In this document: piece by piece, positions 36,586 through 46,591 of the stretch | Layout of the letters: each line of letters opens with the position of its first letter | Position numbering within the stretch: the stretch's first letter is position 1 | Origin: an uncultured Nitrospirota bacterium | GTDB lineage: Bacteria; Nitrospirota; Thermodesulfovibrionia; Thermodesulfovibrionales; JdFR-85 | Assembly (NCBI GenBank): GCA_964515925.1 | Contig: CAZEYP010000001.1 | Coordinates: forward strand, 22,718-86,717 | Direction: 5' to 3' | DNA length: 64,000 nt | Notes under the pieces: model-generated | What the model saw: the letters and a program-made list of their open reading frames with translations, nothing else | What the model was told of the DNA's origin: nothing | Database searches by the model: none | Program-made: the position numbers and the translations under genes

Positions 36586-39500
36586 AGGCTTTTATGATGA
36601 CCTCCTTGCCTGAAAAACTCCAGTCCCTTCTCTTTGACTGCATTGATTCGCTTTTAAGGGAATCAAAGAAACAGGAGATTTATAACCTTATAGGCTCCTC
36701 TGGTGCACTGCTACTTGCACTTATTTCTGACCTGCTTCCTGAGAGGACAGTGGTCTGTCTTGTTAGAGGCCAGTCTCAGGCACGAAGGATGATGACTGAT
36801 ACCCTGTTTTACAGAAGGCTCTTTCAACTTGAACAAAGGGGAAAGATATCTTACATCCCCAACTCATCTGATCCCCAATCACTTGGTCTGAGGCTGAAGG
36901 GGCTTTATGAGGCAGGCCCTGGAGATATGGTGTTTCTCACACCCGATGCCCTTTATCAGGAGACTTACCAGAAAGAGGAACTTCAAAAGAGGATTATCAC
37001 CATAAAGACAGGCACCGAGCTATCAAGACCCCTGTTGATCGAGGCGCTCCAGAAGGCCGGTTACCGCCGTGTAGCAGAGGTGACAGAGCCAGGTGGGTTT
37101 TCCTATAAGAGATGGATAATTGATATCTATCCCGTTGGTGAGGCCCAGCCCGTAAGGGTGGAGTTTTTTGGAGATGAGGTGGACTCACTCAGGTATTTTG
37201 ATGTGGAAAACCAGGTCTCAAAAGAACCGGTGCAGGAGATAAGGCTCTATCCTGCCATTGACAGTACCGATGGTGTCATGGCATGCGAGTATCTGCTTGA
37301 GCGAGGGGTATTTGTAGATTTTGTCCATTCAGAAAAACTCCCTGATGGGGCATTGGTGATTGATGCCCATGAGCTAAAGATCGAGTATAAAGGGGGCTTA
37401 AATTTTCCAGTTTTACCGCTTACAGGGCTTGGGCTTCTGAGGCATGAGCGAAAGGGGCTTCAGGAGATAGCCAATTCAGTAAAGAGGCTTTCAGGGCAGT
37501 TCAGGATTGTCTTTTCTGCCCTTACTTCATCCCAGGCAGAGAGAATAAAAGACATACTTCAGGAAGCTAAGATTATTGCACCTCTGCTTTCAGTGGAGAG
37601 GGCCTATGAGTATGATGGTAACTGTGCGATTACAGTTGGTGGACTTTCCGAGGGTATCAGGTTAGATGGCCTCATACTGATAAGTGCCTCTGACCTCTTT
37701 GGTAAAGCTCCAGAGTTTAAGAGCACGGGAAGGTCAAGGCTTTCAAAGGTCATTGCAAGGCTTGATGAGATTAGTGTGGGGGATTATGTGGTGCACAAAA
37801 GGCACGGCATAGGTATCTTCAGGGGACTGAAGAAGATTCAATCAGGTGAGGTTGAGTCCGAAGTGGTGGAGATAGAGTATGCCCAGGGCATAAGGATTTA
37901 CCTGCCTGTACAGAACATATCACTCCTTCAGAAATACAGGGCAGAGGAGGGCGTGGTTCCAAGGCTTGACCGGCCGGGCAGCCGCAACTGGGAGCGCAAA
38001 AAGGATCGAATCAGGAAGAAGATCAGGGAGATGGCAGAACGTCTGGTTCGCCTGTATGCACACAGGGAGGTGGTCAGGGGTTTTGCCTTTTCAGAGGATA
38101 CGGAGCTTCACAGGGAGTTTGAGTCCTTCTTTCCCTTTCAACTGACCCCTGATCAGGAACGAACCTGGGAAGAGGTGAAGTCTGATATGGAGTCACGCCG
38201 TCCAATGGACCGTCTGGTCTGCGGAGATGTGGGCTTTGGAAAAACAGAGATAGCCATGCGGGCAGCATTCAAGGCAGTTTATGATGGCAAGCAGGTGGCA
38301 GTGCTGGTGCCAACCACTCTTTTGTGTGAGCAGCACTACCGCACATTCTCTGCCCGTTTTTCAGCCTTCCCTGTGAAGATAGACTATCTGAGCCGTTTTA
38401 AAACACCTGCTGAGAGAAAACAGACACTGAAACGGCTAAAAGAGGGGGAAATAGACATCATCATAGGCACCCATGCTCTTTTGGGAAAGAGGGTTGAGTT
38501 TTTTGCCCTTGGCCTTCTTGTGGTTGACGAGGAGCACCGTTTTGGCGTTACCCACAAAGAGAGGATTAAGGAGCTAAGAAAAAAGGTTGACTGCCTGAGC
38601 CTAAGCGCCACCCCCATACCGCGAACCCTTGAGATGTCGCTTTCAGGTATCAGAGAGATGTCCCTTATAGAGACACCACCAGAGGAGAGACTTGCAGTAA
38701 AGGGTATTGTTACGGTCTTTAACGAAGAGGTGATCAGAGAGGCCATTGAGAGGGAGATTAAAAGGGGCGGGCAGGTCTTTTTTGTGCACAACAGGGTGAG
38801 TGAATTAGGGGGTATTGAGCGGATGCTCAGGCGTCTTGTGCCACTGGCACGACTTTCAGTTGCTCACGGACAGATGCCAGAGAAGGAACTTGAAGAGGTA
38901 ATGCACAGATTCGTAAACCAGGAGTTTGACATCCTGCTCTGCACATCTATAATCGGCTCAGGTATAGACCTTCCATCGGCAAACACCATAATCATTAACA
39001 GGGCAGACAGGATGGGTCTGGCAGACCTGTATCAACTAAAAGGTAGGGTGGGAAGGGGCTCTGAGGAGGCCTGGGCCTATTTTCTCATACCTCCTGTAAG
39101 CAGTCTCTCTGAGGAGGCAAGACGCAGGATAAGGGCAATAGAGGAGCTTAACTACCTTGGGGCAGGCCTGAGCATTGCGATGCGGGACCTTGAGATAAGA
39201 GGTGCCGGTAATTTGCTCGGTAAAGAACAGTCAGGCCACATACATGAGATAGGACTCGACCTCTATATGGAGATGCTAAGCAGGGAGGTAGCCCGATTAA
39301 AGGGACAACCCCTTGAGGAGGAGTTTGAGCCAGTGGTTGACCTTAGTGTGCCAGCCTTTGTGCCAGAGGAGTATATTGACGATACAGGGGTAAGGCTTGG
39401 CATCTACAGAAGATTGAGCCTGTGCAGAACCTCTGAAGATGTGGAGAACATAAAGAAAGAGATAACCGACCGTTTCGGCTCCCTGCCTGCTGAGGTGGAA

Positions 39501-39755
39501 AACCTGATAACCCTTATGGAGATAAAAACCCTGGCTAAGAGACTGAGGGCAGAGCGGCTATCAGACACCTCAAAGGGCATCAGGCTTCGGTTTCGTAAGG
39601 ACACCCCCCTTTCTGTGGAGAACATACTTGGCCTACAAGAGAGGCTTCAGGACTTCAGACTCAAGGAGGATGGCTTTTACTTTTCCTTCACAAACAGAGC
39701 CAGCATGCTTGAAGAACTGAAATCTGTGCTTAATCAACTGCTTCAGCAATTATAA
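36576..39755 (+). CDS. mfd: Transcription-repair coupling factor Mfd
   Basis: 1059 aa with a CarD-like RNAP-interaction domain ([12 protein letters not shown]), helicase motifs [17 protein letters not shown] and QLKGRVGRG, and a C-terminal TRCF domain. The exact start is uncertain (ATG 36594 is possible). Confidence 0.92.
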   Translation: MSVKAFMMTSLPEKLQSLLFDCIDSLLRESKKQEIYNLIGSSGALLLALISDLLPERTVVCLVRGQSQARRMMTDTLFYRRLFQLEQRGKISYIPNSSDPQSLGLRLKGLYEAGPGDMVFLTPDALYQETYQKEELQKRIITIKTGTELSRPLLIEALQKAGYRRVAEVTEPGGFSYKRWIIDIYPVGEAQPVRVEFFGDEVDSLRYFDVENQVSKEPVQEIRLYPAIDSTDGVMACEYLLERGVFVDFVHSEKLPDGALVIDAHELKIEYKGGLNFPVLPLTGLGLLRHERKGLQEIANSVKRLSGQFRIVFSALTSSQAERIKDILQEAKIIAPLLSVERAYEYDGNCAITVGGLSEGIRLDGLILISASDLFGKAPEFKSTGRSRLSKVIARLDEISVGDYVVHKRHGIGIFRGLKKIQSGEVESEVVEIEYAQGIRIYLPVQNISLLQKYRAEEGVVPRLDRPGSRNWERKKDRIRKKIREMAERLVRLYAHREVVRGFAFSEDTELHREFESFFPFQLTPDQERTWEEVKSDMESRRPMDRLVCGDVGFGKTEIAMRAAFKAVYDGKQVAVLVPTTLLCEQHYRTFSARFSAFPVKIDYLSRFKTPAERKQTLKRLKEGEIDIIIGTHALLGKRVEFFALGLLVVDEEHRFGVTHKERIKELRKKVDCLSLSATPIPRTLEMSLSGIREMSLIETPPEERLAVKGIVTVFNEEVIREAIEREIKRGGQVFFVHNRVSELGGIERMLRRLVPLARLSVAHGQMPEKELEEVMHRFVNQEFDILLCTSIIGSGIDLPSANTIIINRADRMGLADLYQLKGRVGRGSEEAWAYFLIPPVSSLSEEARRRIRAIEELNYLGAGLSIAMRDLEIRGAGNLLGKEQSGHIHEIGLDLYMEMLSREVARLKGQPLEEEFEPVVDLSVPAFVPEEYIDDTGVRLGIYRRLSLCRTSEDVENIKKEITDRFGSLPAEVENLITLMEIKTLAKRLRAERLSDTSKGIRLRFRKDTPLSVENILGLQERLQDFRLKEDGFYFSFTNRASMLEELKSVLNQLLQQL

Positions 39756-39781
39756 AAATTTTTAATATTATATTCATTTTA

Positions 39782-39811
39782 TTGATACCCTGCCTGAGTA
39801 AATGTTATGTT
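39782..39811 (+). promoter_or_regulatory. Candidate promoter of the formate dehydrogenase operon
   Basis: TTGATA lies at 39782-39787, with TATGTT 18 nt downstream, in an AT-rich spacer after mfd. If used, it excludes the ATG at 39802 as a start. Confidence 0.3.
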
Positions 39812-39849
39812 ATTTAACTTTATTTTTCTATGTCTTCAGGGAGGCAACT

Positions 39850-40308
39850 TTGGAAGGGCAGTTAGAGAGGATACTTGAGAATTATTATAGTTCTGAAGGA
39901 AACATAATCTCCATCCTTCAGGATGTTCAGGAGACCTTTGGATACCTGCCAGAGGAGGCAATCAACTGGTTCTCAAAAAGACTTGATATCCCACCTGCCA
40001 AGTTCTTTGGTGTGGCAACATTCTATGCCCAGTTTCACCTCAAGCCAAGGGGCAAAAACATCATTACCGCATGCTGTGGAACCGCCTGTCATGTGAAGGG
40101 TTCAGAACGGATTATAAATAGCATCAGGAAGGAACTGGAACTTGCCTCAGATGAAGACACAACAGCCGATGGTGAGTTTACAGTGGAAGAGGTTGCCTGT
40201 CTGGGGACATGCAGTTTTGCCCCTGTGGTGCTCATAAATGGTGAGGTTTACGGAAGGGTAAAGGTTGAAGACCTGGTAAAAAAGATCAAGGAGATCAGGA
40301 AGGGCTGA
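39850..40308 (+). CDS. NuoE-like [2Fe-2S] subunit of NAD(P)-linked formate dehydrogenase
   Basis: In-frame TTG at 39850, 5 nt after CAGGGAGG. The track start ATG 39802 lacks an SD and adds a non-conserved hydrophobic leader. Cys motifs are CCGTACHVKG and CLGTCSFAP. Confidence 0.8.
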   Translation: MEGQLERILENYYSSEGNIISILQDVQETFGYLPEEAINWFSKRLDIPPAKFFGVATFYAQFHLKPRGKNIITACCGTACHVKGSERIINSIRKELELASDEDTTADGEFTVEEVACLGTCSFAPVVLINGEVYGRVKVEDLVKKIKEIRKG

Positions 40309-42089
40309 TGAACAGAAGTAGTATAACAGTCAGGGTATGTATGGGGCCTGCAGGCATCGCTGCTGGTGGCAGGGATGTGCTGGAGAGGTTTGATGCAGTG
40401 ATTAAAGAAAAGGAGTTAGATGCTGAGCTCAGAGAGGGCTGCAGTGTCCACAAGGTCGGATGTCTGGGGCTTTGTGCAAGGGATGTGCTGGTTGAGATAG
40501 AGATAGATGGTGAAAAAACATTTTATCAGTTTATAAAGCCTGACATGGTGGAGCAGATCGTTCAGGAGCATCTCGTTAATGGGAGGCCTGTTAAAGAGTG
40601 GCTTGTGGATGAGGGCTACTGGAGGTTTTATGAGAAGCAGAAAAAGGTTGTTCTTTCCGATTGTGGCAGGATTGACCCTGAAGACATCGATGCTTATATT
40701 TCTGTTGGCGGCTATAACTCCCTCAGAGAAGTGCTTAAAAACAGAACCCCTGGGGATGTGATTGAAACAATAAAGAATTCCGGTCTCAGGGGCCGCGGTG
40801 GAGCTGGTTTTCCAACCGGCCTGAAGTGGGAGTTTGCCCATAAGGCAGCAGGAGATATCAAGTATCTGATCTGTAATGCCGATGAAGGGGACCCCGGTGC
40901 ATTTATGGACAGGGCAGTCATCGAGGGTAATCCACATGCACTCGTTGAGGGGATGCTTATAGCAGCTTATGCAATAGGTGCCACAAAGGGTTATGTCTAT
41001 ATCAGGGCAGAGTATCCCCTTGCAGTAGAAAGGCTCCGTCTTGCACTGAAGCAGGCACATGAAAAGGGCTTTCTGGGAAAGGACATACTGGGAAGTGGTT
41101 TTGATTTTGATATAAAGATAAAATTAGGGGCAGGTGCCTTTGTCTGTGGTGAGGAGACTGCCCTTATAGCATCCATTGAGGGTAAAAGGGGTATGCCGCG
41201 GCCAAAGCCGCCCTTCCCGGCCCAGAAGGGTCTCTGGGGCAAACCAACGGTTATAAACAATGTTGAGACCCTTGCCAATGTGCCCTATATTATTCGTAAT
41301 GGTGCAGAGTGGTTTGCCCGTTATGGCACTGAAAAAAGCAAGGGCACCAAGGTCTTTGCACTCACTGGAAAGATCAATAATACTGGACTGATAGAGGTTC
41401 CAATGGGTATAACGCTGCGGGAGATTATCTACGAGATAGGTGGTGGAGTGGCAGAAGGTAGAAAGCTCAAGGCTGTCCAGACAGGTGGTCCATCAGGTGG
41501 ATGTATCCCTGCCGAGCACATTGACATCCCTGTTGATTATGAGTCCCTTGCAAAGATGGGCTCCATTGTTGGCTCAGGCGGAATGATTGTACTTGATGAT
41601 TCAGATTGTATGGTGAATGTTGCAAAGTATTTTCTTGAGTTTACACAGAAGGAGTCCTGCGGAAAGTGTGTGCCCTGCCGCATTGGAACAAAGAGGCTTC
41701 TTGAGATTCTGACAAGGATCACCGATGGAAGGGGCCGACCTGGTGACATTGAACTACTCATCGAGCTCAGTGAGGATGTAAAGGCAGGCTCTCTATGTGG
41801 GCTTGGCCAAACCGCACCCAATCCTGTCTTAAGCACCATAAAGTATTTCCGTGAGGAATACGAGGCACATATTCATGATAAACGATGCCCTGCAGGGGTG
41901 TGTAAAAACCTGCTTACCTACACCATACTTGAGGAGTTCTGCAAGGGATGCACCATGTGTGCAAGGGTCTGCCCTGCAGGGGCAATTGTTGGCGAGAAGA
42001 AACAGCCTCACAGGATCGTTCAGGAGATATGCATCAAGTGCGGCGCCTGCTTTGAGACCTGTAAGTTCAAGGCGATAAAGAAGGGGTAG
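40308..42089 (+). CDS. NuoF-like NAD(P)H/FMN/Fe-S subunit of formate dehydrogenase
   Basis: 593 aa with GLRGRGGAGFPTG, ESCGKCVPCRIGT, and C-terminal ferredoxin motifs CKGCTMCARVCP and CIKCGACFETC. It is a paralogue of 22134..24473 without the CBS pair. Confidence 0.88.
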   Translation: MNRSSITVRVCMGPAGIAAGGRDVLERFDAVIKEKELDAELREGCSVHKVGCLGLCARDVLVEIEIDGEKTFYQFIKPDMVEQIVQEHLVNGRPVKEWLVDEGYWRFYEKQKKVVLSDCGRIDPEDIDAYISVGGYNSLREVLKNRTPGDVIETIKNSGLRGRGGAGFPTGLKWEFAHKAAGDIKYLICNADEGDPGAFMDRAVIEGNPHALVEGMLIAAYAIGATKGYVYIRAEYPLAVERLRLALKQAHEKGFLGKDILGSGFDFDIKIKLGAGAFVCGEETALIASIEGKRGMPRPKPPFPAQKGLWGKPTVINNVETLANVPYIIRNGAEWFARYGTEKSKGTKVFALTGKINNTGLIEVPMGITLREIIYEIGGGVAEGRKLKAVQTGGPSGGCIPAEHIDIPVDYESLAKMGSIVGSGGMIVLDDSDCMVNVAKYFLEFTQKESCGKCVPCRIGTKRLLEILTRITDGRGRPGDIELLIELSEDVKAGSLCGLGQTAPNPVLSTIKYFREEYEAHIHDKRCPAGVCKNLLTYTILEEFCKGCTMCARVCPAGAIVGEKKQPHRIVQEICIKCGACFETCKFKAIKKG

Positions 42090-42092
42090 GAA

Positions 42093-42240
42093 GGTGAATT
42101 GGTATATTGGTGTAGTGGTGTAGTGGTGAAGGGGTGAAACAGGCTTCAGGCTATAGGCTTAAGGTTATGGGCAATGGATTAAGATGCGAATATCAAAAAA
42201 GCCAGATTAATAATTTAGTAATCCAATAATCTAATAACTT
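42093..42240 (+). repeat. Octamer word arrays: G/T-rich arm GTGNANTG, spacer, C/A-rich arm
   Basis: ggtgaattggtatattggtgtagtggtgtagtggtgaaggggtgaaac ... attaataatttagtaatccaataatctaataactt lies between the NuoF-like gene and vapB. Confidence 0.75.
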
Positions 42241-42292
42241 AAAGAATATATTTTTATTGAATCAGGAATACTTTTAAGGCTAAAATAGAAGC

Positions 42293-42514
42293 ATGAAAAC
42301 CACAGTTGATATTCCAGATGATGAGCTCAAAGAATTACTGAAAAACACCAGAGCAAAGACCAAGAAAGAGGCAATTCTTCAGGCAGTAAGGGAGTACAAT
42401 CGCAGGCAGAAACTCAAAAGGCTTGCAGATATGCTGGGTACCTTTGAGGATATAATCACACTGGAAGAACTCCAGAAGTTCAGGATGGACCATAAATGGC
42501 CCGACAGGATGTAG
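42293..42514 (+). CDS. vapB: Type II antitoxin, VapB family
   Basis: 73 aa starting MKTTVDIPDDELKELLKNTRAKTKKEAILQAVREY.. It overlaps the PIN gene by 19 nt. Confidence 0.8.
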   Translation: MKTTVDIPDDELKELLKNTRAKTKKEAILQAVREYNRRQKLKRLADMLGTFEDIITLEELQKFRMDHKWPDRM

Positions 42515-42885
42515 TGCTTGTAGATACTTCCGTATGGATTGAGGCATTGAGGGTAAAAGGTGATGCTGAGACAAAAGAAAGACTCAGGCAGTTGATATTG
42601 GAGGACAGGGCTGTTTGGTGTGACCTGGTGGTGCTTGAACTACTCAGCGGAATGAAGGGTGAGAAGGAGAAAAAGAAGATTAGGGAATACATAGAAGAGA
42701 TAAGGAGTCTTGAGATTAACAGCAAGGTCTGGCAAAGGGCTAAAGGGTTAGTTGTTTCCTGCAGGCAAAAGGGATTTACGGTGCCTGTAACAGACATTAT
42801 AATAGCAGCCTGTGGCCTGAGCCACGGGGTGCCCTTAATGTATAAAGACCGACACTTCGACATCATACTGAGGGAGGTTCTATGA
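42496..42885 (+). CDS. vapC: Type II toxin VapC (PIN-domain ribonuclease)
   Basis: 129 aa with PIN acidic residues in VLVDTSVWIE, ..LVVLELL.., VTDIIIAA and KDRHFD. Its stop TGA (42883-42885) overlaps the fdhA ATG (42882-42884). Confidence 0.85.
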   Translation: MARQDVVLVDTSVWIEALRVKGDAETKERLRQLILEDRAVWCDLVVLELLSGMKGEKEKKKIREYIEEIRSLEINSKVWQRAKGLVVSCRQKGFTVPVTDIIIAACGLSHGVPLMYKDRHFDIILREVL

Positions 42886-45560
42886 TTACACTTATGATAG
42901 ATGGTAAGTATGTTGAGGTTCCTGAGGGGACGACCATACTTCAGGCTGCCCGTGAGGCTGACATCTACATCCCCACCCTCTGCGACGACCCACGACTGGA
43001 GCCCTACGGTGCATGCAGGCTCTGCCTTGTTCAGGTAAAGGGTATGCCAAGGCCTGTTACTGCCTGCACCACACCTGTAAGTGAGGGGATGGAGGTTCAG
43101 ACCAGCAATGAACAGATAGAGCGTATACGTAGAACCATAGTGGAGCTACTTCTAAGCGACCATCCCAATGATTGCATGGTCTGTGAAAAGGCAGGTGACT
43201 GCACCCTTCAGGAGCTTGCCTATTTTTACGACCTCAGAAAGAACCGATTCTGGGGTGAACGCCGTCAGTACACAAAGCGGGATGCCAATCCCTTTATTGA
43301 GAGGGATATGGAAAAGTGTGTGCTCTGTGGTAAGTGTGTGCGGGTCTGTGAGGAGATTCAGGGTGTGGCTGCCATAGACATAGCCTACAGGGGATTCAAG
43401 GCAAAGGTATGCCCTCCCTTTGAAAAGGACCTTAACTGTGAGTTCTGCGGTCAGTGCGTAAGCGTCTGCCCCACAGGTGCACTTATCGGCAAGCAGTCCC
43501 TTGGAAAAGGAAGGCAGAAGGACATAAAGCGAGTTGATACCGTATGTCCCTATTGTGGTTGTGGCTGTAACATAACCCTTCATGTAAGCCGCAATGAGAT
43601 AATCAGGGTGACCTCTGATCCAGACAGCCATAACGAGGGCTGGCTCTGCGTAAAGGGCAGGTTTGGCTTCAGGTTCGTAAACAGCCCTGACCGCCTGAAA
43701 AAACCCCTTATCAGGCGTAACGGTGAGTTTGAGGAGGTCTCCTGGGATGTGGCCCTTGAGTATATAGCAGAGAGGCTTAAAAAGATAAAGAAAGAACATG
43801 GTGCAGATGCCATCGCCGGGCTCAGCTCTGCCCGTTGCACCAATGAAGAAAACTACCTCTTCCAGAAGTTTATGCGTGCCGCAATTGGCACCAACAATGT
43901 TGACCACTGTGCCCGTTACTGACACTCTGCAACGGTGGCCGGTCTGGCCACAGTGTTCGGCTCAGGAGCCATGACCAACTCCATTGCAGAGATTGAGGAC
44001 AACGACCTTCTGTTTGTCATTGGCTCTAACACAAAGGAAAACCATCCCATAGTGGCACTTAGGATGATAAAGGCAGTGCGCAGGGGGGCTAAACTCATCG
44101 TGGCTGACCCAAGGAAGGTTCCCCTTGTCAGGTTTGCCCATCTGTGGCTTCAGCACCGCCCTGGCACGGATGTGGCACTTCTTAACAGCATGATGCATGT
44201 GATTGTAAAAGAGGACCTTATAGACAGGGACTTCATAATAAACATGACCGAGGGCTTTGAAAAGGAGTTCCTTGAAAACCTCGAGCAGTATACCCCTGAG
44301 GTTGGTGAGAAGCTAACTGGTGTTCCAAAGGAAAAGATAGTGGAGGCTGCAAGGCTTTATGGCTCTGCCGAGAGGGCTGGCATTTACTACACCATGGGCA
44401 TTACCCAGCACAGCCACGGCTCTGACAATGTCTTCAGCATTGCAAACCTGGCACTTATGACAGGCAATTTAGGGAAACCCTCCTCAGGTGTTAACCCTCT
44501 CAGGGGGCAGAACAATGTGCAGGGCTCAACCGATATGGGCTGCTCACCAGACAGTTATCCAGGCTACCAGAAGGTCCATCTGCCTGCTGTAAAAGAGAAG
44601 TTTGAAAGGCTCTGGGGTGTAAAGCTCTCTGACAGGCCAGGACTTACTGCCTCGGAGATGCTCTTTGAGGCTGAGGCAGGAAAATTAAGGGCCCTTTACA
44701 TAATGGGTGAAAACCCGGTGCTCAGTGACCCTGATGTGGGGCATACGGTGAGGGCATTAAAATCCCTTGACTTCCTGGTGGTTCAGGACATATTCATGAC
44801 CGAGACAGCAGAGCTTGCCGATGTGGTGCTTCCAGCTGCAAGCTTTGCTGAAAAGGACGGCACCTTTACAAACACAGAGCGAAGGGTTCAGCGGGTAAGA
44901 AAGGCACTAAACCCACCAGGGGATGCCAGAGAGGACTCCTGGATTATCACCGAGTTAAGCAAACGAATGGGCTATGAGATGAACTATGCAAATATATCTG
45001 AGGTGTTCAGGGAGATAGGACAGGCCTGGCCAGCAGTTGCAGGGATAACCTACTCAAGGCTTGAGCACGGAGGGCTCCAGTGGCCCTGTCCAACGGTGGA
45101 CCACCCTGGAACTCCATATCTTTTTAAGGGTGGTTTCCCGAGAGGAAAGGGTAGATTTACCATAGTGAAATACCGCGACCCCATGGAGATGGTAAGTGAT
45201 GAATTCCCCTTTATCCTGACAACAGGCCGTCAGCTGTTTCAGTACCATACAGGCACCATGACAAGAAGGGTTCCACCTATAAACGAGGTTTCCCCTGGAC
45301 CCTATGTGGAGATAAATCCTGATGACGCCCTAACGCTTGGCATTGAGGATGAGCAGAAGGTAAGGGTTACATCAAAACGGGGTAGCATAGAGCTTAATGC
45401 AAGGCTTACTGACAGGGTGGAAAGGGGTCTTGTGTTTATCCCCTTTCACTTTAAAGAGGCAGCAGCCAATGTGCTTACAGACAGCAGGGCACTTGACCCA
45501 CTCTGTAAGATTCCTGAGTTTAAAGTCTGTGCTGTGAATGTGGAGAAGATAGTTAATTGA
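42882..45560 (+). CDS. fdhA: Selenocysteine-containing formate dehydrogenase alpha subunit with a NuoG-like N-terminal Fe-S extension
   Basis: ORFs 42882..43922 and 43935..45560 are one frame joined across TGA 43920-43922. The context ..[30 protein letters not shown] is the conserved FdhA/FdhF Sec/Cys active-site motif. It has N-terminal [2Fe-2S] and 4x[4Fe-4S] motifs plus MopB and MopB_CT domains. Confidence 0.92.
43923..43955 (+). promoter_or_regulatory. SECIS element of fdhA
   Basis: cact ctgcaacg gtggcc ggtct ggccac agtg has a 6-bp upper stem with apical loop GGUCU (like the E. coli fdhF loop) plus a 4-bp lower stem. It starts immediately 3' of the UGA. Confidence 0.75.
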
Positions 45561-45640
45561 ATTAATAGCGTTGGTAGTGTTGATTGGAGTTGGGTTAGGG
45601 TGTTTTTACTACTCCCTACACGCTACACCCTGAACCCTAA
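45561..45640 (+). repeat. Dispersed composite repeat, copy M (GCGTT words, conserved core, CNCCCTA heptads)
   Basis: attaatagcgttggtagtgttgattggagttgggttagggtgtttttactactccctacacgctacaccctgaaccctaa aligns with 57440-57520 and with the reverse complement of 50830-50910. Confidence 0.85.
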
Positions 45641-45690
45641 ATATGTTATATTTATCAGTCAGCTAATTTGAAGGAATTCGGAGGAAAGAG

Positions 45691-46149
45691 ATGGTTCAGA
45701 TCAATGATTTAAAAGAGCAGATATTATTGAAAGAACTAAACGACGATGAACTGAACATAATTGCTGAGAAGGTTCAGGAGCAAAGCTTTCCAATGGGGAA
45801 GTTAATCTTTATGGAGGGCGAAGAGACCAAGGGTATTTATCTTATAAAAAAGGGTAAGGTAGAGATATCAAAGACCACCCCTGATGGCTGGAAGCAAACA
45901 CTGGCTGTGTTTACTGATGGACATTTCTTTGGTGAGCTTTCGGTTATAGAAGACAAGAAAGAGCACGGTGCAATTGCCACAGCTATTGAGGATACCGATG
46001 CCTTTTTAATTAAAAAGGATGACCTGAAAAGTCTTGAAAAAAGCAACCCTGAGCTGATGTATAAGATTATGAAGACCATTGCCCGTGTGGCAAGCCACAA
46101 TGTGCATACGATGAATGAAAAACTGGTGAAGTTGTTGATTAGTTATTAG
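45691..46149 (+). CDS. Cyclic-nucleotide-binding domain protein (no DNA-binding domain)
   Basis: 152 aa with a CAP_ED beta-roll (GEETKGIYLIKKGKVEI, FFGELSVI). Confidence 0.75.
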   Translation: MVQINDLKEQILLKELNDDELNIIAEKVQEQSFPMGKLIFMEGEETKGIYLIKKGKVEISKTTPDGWKQTLAVFTDGHFFGELSVIEDKKEHGAIATAIEDTDAFLIKKDDLKSLEKSNPELMYKIMKTIARVASHNVHTMNEKLVKLLISY

Positions 46150-46180
46150 TGTAATGGTGTATTGGTGTAGTGGTATAGTG
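46149..46180 (+). repeat. Left (G/T-rich octamer) arm of the stem enclosing the four-helix-bundle ORF
   Basis: gtgtaatggtgtattggtgtagtggtatagtg pairs with 46598-46629 (27 WC plus 2 G:U of 32, hand-aligned). Confidence 0.8.
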
Positions 46181-46219
46181 GTAAATTGATGATAGGATGT
46201 TTTAGATAAATAATATATA

Positions 46220-46591
46220 ATGGGATTGGATGAGCTTGAGATATATGTTCTGGCAAGGCAGTTGAGCAGAGTTTTCTGGAAAGTATATGAAGGAATGGAC
46301 AATAGCATTAAATACAACATCGGGACACAGGCCCTTAGGTCTATTGATTCAATAGGAGCAAACATTGCTGAAGGATACGGTAGATATCATTATCTTGACT
46401 GTGTAAGGTTTTACTATAATGCCAGAGGATCTCTATGGGAAAGTTTACACTGGATAGAACTCCTATACGAAAGGGGTCTTTTAGAAGAACAGGTTTACAC
46501 ACAACTTACAGATGACCTTAACATACTCGTAAAAAAACTTAACAGCTTTATAAATTCAATAAAAAACAAAAAGGAAAACCTTAATAATTAA
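46220..46591 (+). CDS. Four-helix-bundle protein (23S rRNA intervening-sequence protein family, PF05635/TIGR02436 type)
   Basis: 123 aa. ..LRSIDSIGANIAEGYGRYHYLDCVRFYYNARGSLWESLHWIELL.. matches the family signature (SIxxNIAEGxGR ... ARGSxxE). Confidence 0.85.
   Translation: MGLDELEIYVLARQLSRVFWKVYEGMDNSIKYNIGTQALRSIDSIGANIAEGYGRYHYLDCVRFYYNARGSLWESLHWIELLYERGLLEEQVYTQLTDDLNILVKKLNSFINSIKNKKENLNN

Noticed and set aside
39802-39849. ATG 39802 as the start of the NuoE-like FDH subunit
   Set aside because: There is no SD, and it adds MLCYLTLFFYVFREAT, which is not found in the paralogue at 21592. An in-frame TTG at 39850 has CAGGGAGG 5 nt upstream. The candidate promoter would also place the transcription start downstream of 39802.
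43152-43925. Long antisense ORFs inside large genes (for example 43152..43925, 40416..41060, 18242..18817, 19507..20133, 394..852, 47706..48137, all on the minus strand)
   Set aside because: They are shadow ORFs opposite strongly supported genes. They have no SD, low-complexity or Cys/Pro/Ser-rich translations, and no recognisable motifs.
46220-46591. Four-helix-bundle protein as the Avd accessory protein of a diversity-generating retroelement
   Set aside because: Avd belongs to the same broad fold family. However, there is no reverse transcriptase, template/variable repeat pair or target gene anywhere nearby.
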